Shown here: positions 23,331 through 32,000 of the stretch, piece after piece
How positions within the stretch are numbered: position 1 is the first letter of the stretch
Layout: each line of letters opens with the position of its first letter
Assembly (NCBI RefSeq): GCF_000011125.1
Contig: NC_000854.2
Coordinates: 990,001 to 1,022,000, forward strand
Direction: 5' to 3'
Length of the DNA stretch: 32,000 bases
Origin: Aeropyrum pernix K1
Lineage (GTDB): Archaea > Thermoproteota > Thermoprotei_A > Sulfolobales > Acidilobaceae
Notes under the pieces: generated by a model
Told to the model about the DNA's origin: nothing
The model's input: only the letters and a program-made list of their open reading frames with translations
The model's database searches: none
Translations under genes and position numbers: made by a program

Positions 23331-25300
23331 CCCCGTCGTGAGGACCTCCGGTACTCCTCCACTATCCTCATAATATCCACTGAAGCTTCTCTCCTACGCC
23401 TCCATTCAGCCCTCATTTCCTCCGCCAGCCGCAGGACCTCGCTGGACACCAATACATAGCCGCCGAGCCTGAGGACCTGCACCTCGCTAATAGGTATGAC
23501 GGGGACCCTCCTGCTCTTTAGGGCGTTGGCGGCGGGCGAGCTCGGATGATCTGCGACCACGGCCTCTACACCAGCCTTGGCAAGCTCCTCCACGGCGTCC
23601 CAAGTGAAGGTATCCCCGCCCCTAAGCACCAGTATAAGGCGTCCACCCCGCATGGCCGCAGCTGCCTCTCTAACCGTTTTCAGCGTAAGCCGATCGACCT
23701 CTACAGCGAGCAGGTGGGTCCCCCGCCCCAGCAGCTCGACGGCCCTCCTAAGCTCCTCCAGCTCTCCCTTCAGCTCCTCCACCATCATCGCCGACTCCTC
23801 TAGCCTGCGCTCGAGCTTCCTCACCCTCTCCCTCATCATCTCCGCCTCCCGCCTGATTCCATGGTCGCTCTTCGCCCTGGCCCTAGCCCTCTCCAGCTGG
23901 GCTTTGAGCATCATGACCTCCGCCTCCATCTCCTCGAGACGCCTTTTTAGGCTGGAGTTCTCTATTCTCAACGCCTCCAGCATCTCCCTTAAAGCGCTCA
24001 TCTCTTTGTAGACGCTGCCCCCGTCGCCCGCAGCCTCTTCCTGATGCTGCCGGGCACCCCGCTCGGCCCTCGGGGCCTCTGGCTCACCGTCTCCCAGCTC
24101 CTCTTCTATGGCTCGTTCAAGAGCCTCAGCCAGGGTAGCCCCCCTTATAACATCTATCTTGACACGCTCCACGTCAACGTCTATACCCATCTTCTCTATA
24201 GTTCTCTCTACAGAGCGTAGTTTAGACTCTAGGGCCAGATACGCCTTGTACGCCGCTGCGGCGGCATCCCTCACATGAGTATCCTCTACCGAGGACCCGA
24301 GAACACGCCTGGCCAGCCCCCACTTCTCGGAGGTCGTCAGGTCTGCGGGCGGAGTGTAGAGCATTGCCCCCCACTGGGCTGCGAGCTTCTTTGCCGTCTC
24401 CGGCGGGTCGGCGACGTCTACAGCGACTATAACAGGCCTCCCGAGGCCATAGACTATCTCGGTCACCCTGCTCCTATCCAGGCTCTTACTGCTCTCAGCG
24501 TGGAGGAGCCTCCCGTTTATGTCGAGAACCGCTAGGCCAGTGGTTATTCCGGGGTCTATACCCACTATTACGGGGGAGCTCCTCTCGGGAGCATCGGGTA
24601 GTGTGAGTATCCTGCTCCTCGCAACCGGCTTTATCCTGACAGTATAGTCCGGGCCCTCCCTCCGCCTCACAACACCCTCCAGCTTCTCACGCGGGGCGTA
24701 GACGATGAAGGTCGCCGACTCTATGCCCCCCTCGCTCCTCCTATAGTTTAGATCGTAGTCCAGACCAGCCCTGTCTAGGGACTCCCTAATCCGGGAGACG
24801 GCCTGAGATATCGCGGCCCTAACCCTCCTCTGGTACCTAGCCTGGCTCCAGCCGCCAGAGCTCCCGCTCCTCGCCCTGGAGACTGTCACCAGAGTCTTCT
24901 CCTCCAGAACACTCACGGGGGTCCCCGCGCCCTCCAGGGCGAGGACGGCTAGGAGGTAGGCGGTTGCAGTGGGCGTCAGCTTTTTCTCCACCCTTATGCC
25001 ATACCTCTCGGCGACCTCCCTCAGGCTGGCTAGCCTTCCACCCTCTAGGGTCACCTGTACTAGCCTAGTCTTGGGGGGGAGCATTGAGGCGACCCTTCCC
25101 ACGTCCCTCTCGCTCCTTCCGAGTTCGAAAACGTTGTCAACGGCGAGTATGTCGGGCTGCCTGCTCCACGCCACCCTTATCAGCCTGGCCAGGCTTATGG
25201 ACTCGTGCTTCTCCAACAACCTCCCGCTCTCTCCGAGTATGACCGCTGCGTACCTGGCGCTCCTGCTGCCGGGCTCGCCGGACACTATATCGACGCCCAT
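23327..25300 (-). CDS. Conserved archaeal protein of unknown function, COG2433/DUF460-like: two RuvC/YqgF-like RNase-H-fold modules, a Glu/Arg-rich coiled coil and a C-terminal alpha/beta domain
   Basis: Module 1 reads MGVDIVSGEPGS..YAAVIL...PDILAVDNVFEL. Module 2 reads VIVGIDPGITTGLAVLDINGRLL...PVIVAVDVADPPETAKKLA. About 120 aa are heptad-like (LEALRIENSSLKRRLEEMEAEVMMLKAQLERARA...). I prefer the ATG at 25300, because the track start at 25378 overlaps rio2 and adds a Gly/Pro-rich leader. Confidence 0.8.
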   Translation of the reverse strand: MGVDIVSGEPGSRSARYAAVILGESGRLLEKHESISLARLIRVAWSRQPDILAVDNVFELGRSERDVGRVASMLPPKTRLVQVTLEGGRLASLREVAERYGIRVEKKLTPTATAYLLAVLALEGAGTPVSVLEEKTLVTVSRARSGSSGGWSQARYQRRVRAAISQAVSRIRESLDRAGLDYDLNYRRSEGGIESATFIVYAPREKLEGVVRRREGPDYTVRIKPVARSRILTLPDAPERSSPVIVGIDPGITTGLAVLDINGRLLHAESSKSLDRSRVTEIVYGLGRPVIVAVDVADPPETAKKLAAQWGAMLYTPPADLTTSEKWGLARRVLGSSVEDTHVRDAAAAAYKAYLALESKLRSVERTIEKMGIDVDVERVKIDVIRGATLAEALERAIEEELGDGEPEAPRAERGARQHQEEAAGDGGSVYKEMSALREMLEALRIENSSLKRRLEEMEAEVMMLKAQLERARARAKSDHGIRREAEMMRERVRKLERRLEESAMMVEELKGELEELRRAVELLGRGTHLLAVEVDRLTLKTVREAAAAMRGGRLILVLRGGDTFTWDAVEELAKAGVEAVVADHPSSPAANALKSRRVPVIPISEVQVLRLGGYVLVSSEVLRLAEEMRAEWRRRREASVDIMRIVEEYRRSSRRG

Positions 25301-25343
25301 CACGACGCGCGTTACAACACCACCCCCCACTCCGGGCCCGGGC

Positions 25344-26249
25344 CTATACAGGGGGCTCCCTGGACTCCCCCATGACATATCTTAGTGCAGAGGCTAATTC
25401 AACCTTTAGCCCTGCCCTCCTCCTGAAATATTTCAAAATATACTCCACATCCCTCCTAAGGAGTTCCAGTGCATGGGGCTCGTCCCTGTAGACGTACTGA
25501 GGCCAGTCTATTACAACACCCCTCCCCTCGGTGGTGGCTATCACGTTGTACTCGCTCAGGTCACCATGTACGACTCCAACCCTCGTGTAAGCTATTCTCA
25601 GCGTCTCCAGCACGTCCCTCAAGATACTGGCGGCAGCCTCAGTGTCGAGAACCCGCACGTCGGCCAGCAGGACGCCCTCCACATACCTCTGCACCACAGC
25701 ATGGCGGTTCCAAGCCACGGGGCTAGGGATTCTAGCCCCCTCCTCCTCCAGCCTGACAAGTATCTTGAACTCCCTCTCAGCTAGGGCCTTTGAGACGTCA
25801 AGCCAGCTGGTGGGCCTCAAGTCGAGGGCGTAACTCCTGTGTCTCCTCACCTTCCTGAAACTCTCCCTCCCGGCCCTATGCAGCTTCACAGTCAGTTTGG
25901 AGCCGGCTGGAGATACAGCAACGTATACATCCCCCTCTTTCCCAAGGCCTATCTTGTCGCCCAGGACCTCGACAATACCCCTCGACCTTAGGTTATCTAT
26001 CGCAAGGACGTCGAGGCCGGTGTAGGTAAGGGTGTAGCCGCTGACGCTGCCAAGCCTCCTCTTAACAAGCTTAAGAGTCACGAGGGTCTTCACAGCCCTG
26101 GAGAACCGGGAGGGGGGTAGTCGCGAGGTCCTCTCCACTAGCTCCACAGGCACGTAGCGGTACTTCCTCATCCACCTCTCGATAGCTCTCAACACCCTCA
26201 GCTCGTCGCCGCTGAGGCTGGTGTAGACGTTCCACAGGTTCGACGGCAA
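25344..26249 (-). CDS. rio2: RIO-type serine protein kinase Rio2 (N-terminal winged helix plus RIO kinase domain)
   Basis: The wHTH region reads LRVLRAIERWMRKYRYVPVELVERTSRLPPSRFSRAVKTLVTLKLVKR. The kinase region has IGLGKEGDVYVA, VKLHRAGRESFRKV and the catalytic VHGDLSEYNV. The start is uncertain. TTG at 26249 gives the usual roughly 300 aa, while the track start at 26519 adds 90 residues running through an AT-rich promoter-like stretch and overlapping the divergent arsR-like gene. Confidence 0.88.
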   Translation of the reverse strand: MPSNLWNVYTSLSGDELRVLRAIERWMRKYRYVPVELVERTSRLPPSRFSRAVKTLVTLKLVKRRLGSVSGYTLTYTGLDVLAIDNLRSRGIVEVLGDKIGLGKEGDVYVAVSPAGSKLTVKLHRAGRESFRKVRRHRSYALDLRPTSWLDVSKALAEREFKILVRLEEEGARIPSPVAWNRHAVVQRYVEGVLLADVRVLDTEAAASILRDVLETLRIAYTRVGVVHGDLSEYNVIATTEGRGVVIDWPQYVYRDEPHALELLRRDVEYILKYFRRRAGLKVELASALRYVMGESREPPV

Positions 26250-26477
26250 ACGGCCTCCGACCCGGTATTCAGGTTGTATGTGGGGAGGTATAACGCTGAG
26301 AGCCCCTCCTAACCTTAGACGCGGAGGCCTAACCTGTTCATCACTGTGGTATAGTATAAAACCCCATTCTAACATTTTAAACTCGATGGGTAACTGAACA
26401 GAGGGGGGGGTAAGAGTGGGTTCAGCTCCCGACAACATAACGGGAAAGAGGAGGGCATAGTCGAGGAGGAGGGTGTA

Positions 26478-26747
26478 ATGTACGTGAGGGGCTACAGGCA
26501 CATAGCTAAGGTAGCCCACGCGCTCGCTAACGAGACGCGAACAAGGATTATAGAGCTCCTGGCTAGCGGCCCCAAGACGCTGGACGAGCTATCAGAGGTC
26601 CTCGGGCAGAGCAAGGCGAACATAAGCAGCCAGATTAGGAAGCTTGAGGAGATAGGCATAGTCGTCCCCCGTTACCAGCCGGGTGACAGGGGTATAAGGA
26701 AGACGGTTGAGCTCAGGGCTAAGAGGATAGTGCTCCTGCTCGAGTAG
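26478..26747 (+). CDS. ArsR/SmtB-family winged-helix transcriptional regulator (89 aa)
   Basis: It reads ALANETRTRIIELLASGPKTLDELSEVLGQSKANISSQIRKLEEIGIV. It is divergent from rio2. Confidence 0.8.
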   Translation: MYVRGYRHIAKVAHALANETRTRIIELLASGPKTLDELSEVLGQSKANISSQIRKLEEIGIVVPRYQPGDRGIRKTVELRAKRIVLLLE

Positions 26748-26761
26748 AACGCTAGCCCTGG

Positions 26762-28411
<1,650 letters not shown>

Positions 28412-28475
28412 CTAATAAGTTGTAAAGCCCAACCTAAATCACCCCGGCGAGTGTACCTCAAGCGGGGTTGCAGGA

Positions 28476-29279
28476 TTGAAGAGCTGCCCAGGCTTAGACG
28501 GCTATGACATCGTGTTTGCGGATCTAGACGGCGTGATATGGCTTGGGCAGGAACCTATAGAGGATAACCTAGTAGTGCTTAGGACTCTGGCGAGCGAGGG
28601 TAGGCTTGTGGTTCTCACTAATAATTCGACGCGAAGTAGGAGAGTTTACGCGGCTATGCTCGAGAGGGTGGGCCTCGACATAGAGCCCGGGAGGATAGTA
28701 ACGAGCGCCTACAGCGCCGCCGTCCTGCTGAAGAAAAAGCTGGGACCATCCACCGCCCTGGTTGTAGGGGAGGAGGGGCTGGTTGAAGAGCTTGCTGTGG
28801 AGGGCCATGTAGTGGCGAGCTCGAGCGACAACATCGACGTTGATGCGGTGGTCGTCGGCCTCGACAGGAACCTCACCTATGGGAAGCTGGCGAGGGCTGC
28901 CTCCGCAATACACAGCGGGAGCCTTTTCGTGGCGACGAACCTCGACCACGCCCTACCAACCCCCAGAGGCCTCATACCAGGTGCAGGATCCATTGTGGCT
29001 CTTCTGGAGAAGGCAACGGGGGTCAAGCCTGCGATTGTCGCTGGGAAGCCGTCCAGGGGCTTGGCCGAGGTTCTAGAGAGCCTTTTCAAGCCGGTCAGGC
29101 CCCTCGTGGTGGGTGATAGGATAGATACTGACGTGGAGTTCGCCAGGGCCTGGGGTGTTGATTCTCTTCTCGTGCTCACTGGCCTCTACAGGGGTGTCAG
29201 CATAGAGGAGGCTTCTAGGAAGGCTGGGGAGGGGGTGAGGGTTGCCAGGAGTCTCAGCGAGTTCTGCAGAGGGGGGTAG
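28476..29279 (+). CDS. HAD-superfamily subfamily IIA phosphatase (NagD/PNPase-like)
   Basis: HAD motif I is FADLDGVIW, motif II is LTNNS, and the distal motifs are GKP and VGDRIDTDV. Confidence 0.85.
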   Translation: MKSCPGLDGYDIVFADLDGVIWLGQEPIEDNLVVLRTLASEGRLVVLTNNSTRSRRVYAAMLERVGLDIEPGRIVTSAYSAAVLLKKKLGPSTALVVGEEGLVEELAVEGHVVASSSDNIDVDAVVVGLDRNLTYGKLARAASAIHSGSLFVATNLDHALPTPRGLIPGAGSIVALLEKATGVKPAIVAGKPSRGLAEVLESLFKPVRPLVVGDRIDTDVEFARAWGVDSLLVLTGLYRGVSIEEASRKAGEGVRVARSLSEFCRGG

Positions 29280-29292
29280 CGGGGGCTGCGGT

Positions 29293-29532
29293 TTGGAGGA
29301 GAAGGCCGCCGCCATAGTTGAGAGGCTCCTCGAGCTGAACCCATATCTGGAGGTGGTGGTTGAGGCCTCGGGCAGCACTGCCAGGGTCCTCGTCAGGGAA
29401 GACTGCGGGGATGCCTGCGGCCTGGAGGAGTGGAAGCTCCATTTGAGCCTGGAAGCCTCTAGGCTGGGGCTGAGGATAAGATCCTACAGCGAGAGAGGCG
29501 GCTGGAGCATTGTCGAGCTAGCATGTGGTTAG
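29293..29532 (+). CDS. Hypothetical small acidic protein (about 79 aa)
   Basis: The track ORF is 29242..29532. I prefer the TTG at 29293, which avoids a 38-nt overlap with the HAD gene. The sequence EEKAAAIVERLLELNPYLEVVVEASGSTARVLVREDCGDACGLEEW... looks structured, with host-typical codons. Confidence 0.4.
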   Translation: MEEKAAAIVERLLELNPYLEVVVEASGSTARVLVREDCGDACGLEEWKLHLSLEASRLGLRIRSYSERGGWSIVELACG

Positions 29533-30173
29533 GCCCTGAACATCCTCCTCACATCCATGCCTAGAAGATCCTTGTAAGCCCTGCTGAGCGGCGAGGCGCC
29601 CACAACTATCTCCTCAAGGTCCTCGCTGGTGAGGCGGCAGGCGCTCCACCCCCTCTCTATGTTGAGGAGGTAGAACCTCGTCCCATCCCTCCTCATTATC
29701 CACCATAGCGCCGCTGTGGCCATGCCCAGGGGGATGAATGTTAGTGGGCCGAAGAGGAGGGGTGCAACAATATATCCTGGGATTAGGAGTGCGAAGCCCG
29801 CCCCATAAAGCTTCATCCTAAACTCGTACCTCCTTATCTCTTCCTCGATAGCAGGGTCCACGCTGCACGGTCTCGAAGCCTCCCTAAGTATAGCGGTGGC
29901 CAGGTCCACAAGGCTCCCGAGGCTCGGCCTCCTAACATAGCGCCAGATGGATGTGAGAAGCCCGGCGAGCCCGTAAACACTGCCTTCATAGCTCTTCAGA
30001 CGGCCAGAGATGAGAGGCTCCAGCGGCCTCCTCGCAATCCCCTCAATCTCCTCCTCCGGCAGCATGCTCACAATAACTTTGGAAACATCGTCGAACACCC
30101 TGCAACAGTCTCCCTCACGCCTCGCCTCATAAACCCTCTCCGCCATAAATATGGCTGCCTGCTGCCCGCCCAT
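29529..30173 (-). CDS. Hypothetical membrane protein: soluble N-domain, two adjacent TM helices and a short C-terminal beta-rich domain
   Basis: The TM hairpin is LYGAGFALLIPGYIVAPLLFGPLTFIPLGMATAALWWIM. The start is uncertain (ATG at 30173 or 30146). The track start at 30326 adds an Arg/Ser-rich leader overlapping the upstream gene by 38 nt. Confidence 0.55.
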   Translation of the reverse strand: MGGQQAAIFMAERVYEARREGDCCRVFDDVSKVIVSMLPEEEIEGIARRPLEPLISGRLKSYEGSVYGLAGLLTSIWRYVRRPSLGSLVDLATAILREASRPCSVDPAIEEEIRRYEFRMKLYGAGFALLIPGYIVAPLLFGPLTFIPLGMATAALWWIMRRDGTRFYLLNIERGWSACRLTSEDLEEIVVGASPLSRAYKDLLGMDVRRMFRA

Positions 30174-30288
30174 GCCGGAACCGTCCCCGAGGACAGGCCT
30201 CTCAGCTCCGAATCCGGTGGATAGGCCTAGGCTGGAGCAGCGGGACAGCTTGCACAGTAGGCGTGACAGCCTAGAGGCCTCGAACCCC

Positions 30289-30978
30289 TCAAACCTGCCT
30301 TGCCTTCTCCGCTGCTGCCTGGACAATAGATAACACCTCCTCCACCACCGGCCCGAAGGAGTCGGGCCTCGGAGACGCTACCGCGAGGACGAGTCTTCTG
30401 CTGGGGACAATAGAGACCCGGAAAACGGCTCCAAGGCGGGCAAGCCTACCCCACAACTCTCTTGCCACGGCCAGTGCATCCCCTTCCGTGGCATAGGCCT
30501 CCGCAGCAAGGTCCGGCAGCTTCAGCCTCTGCAGCTTCCTCCTTAGGGGGCTCTGTTTAACATCCTTCTCAACAAGCTGGACAACGTCTATCCCACCACG
30601 CCTGTATATGTGGGCTTCGCCCCTGACGCCCAGCGAGTCTCTCGCCTCAACAGCGACTTCCAGCTTCTCACGCCTCCTGAATAGTATTATTATGGGGAGG
30701 TAGAAGAAGGCGTGGTACGGTGGAGTTGTGTAGGTTATGTACACCTTCTTTATGGGCCCCCTGTTGACCCAGTACTCCGCTGTAAACCCTACTAGATAGC
30801 CGTGCACCACATACCTCCTGTCACGGGGCTTGACGATCTGCTCGAAAAGCTTGACGAGGCTCGACTGCCTCCTGATCATCCTCTTCCTAACCTGGAAGAA
30901 CCAGGCCACGCTGGGTAGAGCAGCAAGTATTAGCACCACTATTGCGTTAGCTAGAGTCTCCCCGGTTATCTCCACCAA
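30289..30978 (-). CDS. Hypothetical protein with an N-terminal TM anchor (229 aa)
   Basis: The track ORF has the anchor ANAIVVLILAALPSVAWFFQV and a second hydrophobic stretch FFYLPIIILF. It lies on the same strand as, and downstream of, the NFACT-like gene. Confidence 0.6.
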   Translation of the reverse strand: MVEITGETLANAIVVLILAALPSVAWFFQVRKRMIRRQSSLVKLFEQIVKPRDRRYVVHGYLVGFTAEYWVNRGPIKKVYITYTTPPYHAFFYLPIIILFRRREKLEVAVEARDSLGVRGEAHIYRRGGIDVVQLVEKDVKQSPLRRKLQRLKLPDLAAEAYATEGDALAVARELWGRLARLGAVFRVSIVPSRRLVLAVASPRPDSFGPVVEEVLSIVQAAAEKARQV

Positions 30979-31098
30979 ACCCGCCTCACACCCTCTACAG
31001 GGGGTGTCCGCCCTGAGGCGTACGAGGGCTCCAGCCAGACACCCTAATTAAAGTGTGTTGCCTTCGAAGGTTTAACACTTGTTTTGGGATTCCATGAA

Positions 31099-32000
31099 CT
31101 AGGCCTCTGCAGTAGTGTAGTTTTTCAAAGCGTTCTCGAAGAGCCTGGCATCGCCGGCACCAACCCTTGCCCCGGCGATTCTCAATCTCCCGGGTAGCTT
31201 CTTCTCTATCTCCTCAGGCGGTATAGCCTCTACCTTCAAAGCCTCCTCCTCACCAGCGGCTTTAGCGGTGAGCCGCGAGAGTGTAGACCTAAGTTTCTCC
31301 GCCGCCTCCCCGGGGCTCATGTCCCCCGGGAGTACCGTGGCGTATGCTACTGAGTATCTCGAGACGGCCTCCTCGCTGCCAGCCACTATATAGGGTACAT
31401 CCTTGTGCATAACTATTCCGAGGGCAAGCTTCAGTGGGACATGGTGTATGTAGTTCCTCTTCCCATATACCATGAACGCGCCTCGTGCTAGATACTCTCC
31501 GGCGGGGGGACTCTTTGAAACCTGGCTCCCGTAGACCCAGTAGACGCTCACGCCCCCGGCTCCAGCCTTCCAGGCCCTGCTGTACGCGGCCGCCAGCACA
31601 GCAGCATCATATATGTCATCATCGCCCGGTTGGAGCCTTCTCGTGAGCAGCACAGTCGCCGGCGCCCCATGTATATCCGCGTGGAGGAAAATGTCGTCAT
31701 CCCCCAGGTACCTCTTCACCACACTCTCATTCTGCCCGGCATCCCTCCCACCTATGGCTAGAAAGCCGTTCCTGGTTATCGTCCAATGGTACTTCTCAAA
31801 CCAGAATCTCTTCCGCCCCTCAATAATCCTCCTCAGACTCCTGAGCCTGGCCCTCCTAACAGCCTCCTCCAGCCTAGACCTGGCCTCTGCAAATGCCTTC
31901 TCAGCCCTCTCAGCCTTAGCCTCGAGCTCCCCCGCCTCCCGGTAGAGCCTTAGAATCAGCTTGCCCGCGTCTTCACCCCGCTGCGCCGCCACCCTCAAGC
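31099..32000 (-). CDS. NFACT-family protein (Rqc2/FbpA-like, NFACT-R/DUF814 region), C-terminal part; continues off the right edge of the window
   Basis: The sequence FWFEKYHWTITRNGFLAIGGRDAGQNESVVKRYLGDDDIFLHADIHGAPATVLL is the DUF814/NFACT-R signature. The apparent M at 31998 is only an in-frame TTG inside an ORF cut by the window edge. Confidence 0.85.
   Translation of the reverse strand, partial: LRVAAQRGEDAGKLILRLYREAGELEAKAERAEKAFAEARSRLEEAVRRARLRSLRRIIEGRKRFWFEKYHWTITRNGFLAIGGRDAGQNESVVKRYLGDDDIFLHADIHGAPATVLLTRRLQPGDDDIYDAAVLAAAYSRAWKAGAGGVSVYWVYGSQVSKSPPAGEYLARGAFMVYGKRNYIHHVPLKLALGIVMHKDVPYIVAGSEEAVSRYSVAYATVLPGDMSPGEAAEKLRSTLSRLTAKAAGEEEALKVEAIPPEEIEKKLPGRLRIAGARVGAGDARLFENALKNYTTAEA

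Noticed and set aside
25344-26519. The full 391-aa version of the Rio2 ORF, and the 683-aa version of the COG2433-like ORF starting at 25378.
   Set aside because: The extra N-terminal residues are not part of either family pattern. They cross AT-rich promoter-like DNA or are Gly/Pro-rich, and they create overlaps with neighbouring genes. Shorter starts (about 26249 and 25300) give canonical lengths. The exact starts remain unproven.

Overview
This is a high-GC archaeal chromosome segment. AGG-dominated Arg codons, TATA boxes about 27 nt upstream of start codons and an intron-containing tRNA all point to a crenarchaeote. The 389-aa product at 16081..17250 matches my memory of the Aeropyrum pernix O-phosphoserine sulfhydrylase; this is recollection, not a database search.

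Most of the window is housekeeping:
- A UbiA/UbiD pair.
- A five-gene Dpp/Opp-type ABC importer with a Thr-rich, C-terminally anchored binding protein.
- A loose sulfur-themed stretch: CBS protein, OPSS, acylphosphatase, CysRS overlapping an E1-like ThiF/MoeB enzyme, and archaeal SAM synthetase.
- A Rio2 kinase followed by a COG2433/DUF460-type tandem RNase-H-fold protein.
- ArsR, CTP synthase, a HAD-IIA phosphatase, and partial genes at both edges (an Rnl3-type RNA ligase and an NFACT/Rqc2-like protein).
- Two tRNAs: Thr-GGU, and Arg-UCU with a 44-nt intron.

The less ordinary parts:
- An unassignable 540-aa protein (4465..6087).
- A low-GC, hairpin-rich patch abutting the 3' end of tRNA-Thr.
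- A decayed patch (17.26-18.88 kb) where a vapBC cassette sits between fragments of an acyl-CoA dehydrogenase gene and a PEP synthase gene, bracketed by a duplicated 14-nt TATA-like element.
- The rio2-COG2433 and NFACT-membrane-protein gene strings.

I saw no CRISPR array, integrase, transposase or rRNA. No multi-gene novel system can be demonstrated from sequence alone. The candidates are ranked in the findings, and domain guesses for orphan proteins are weak pattern matches made by eye.
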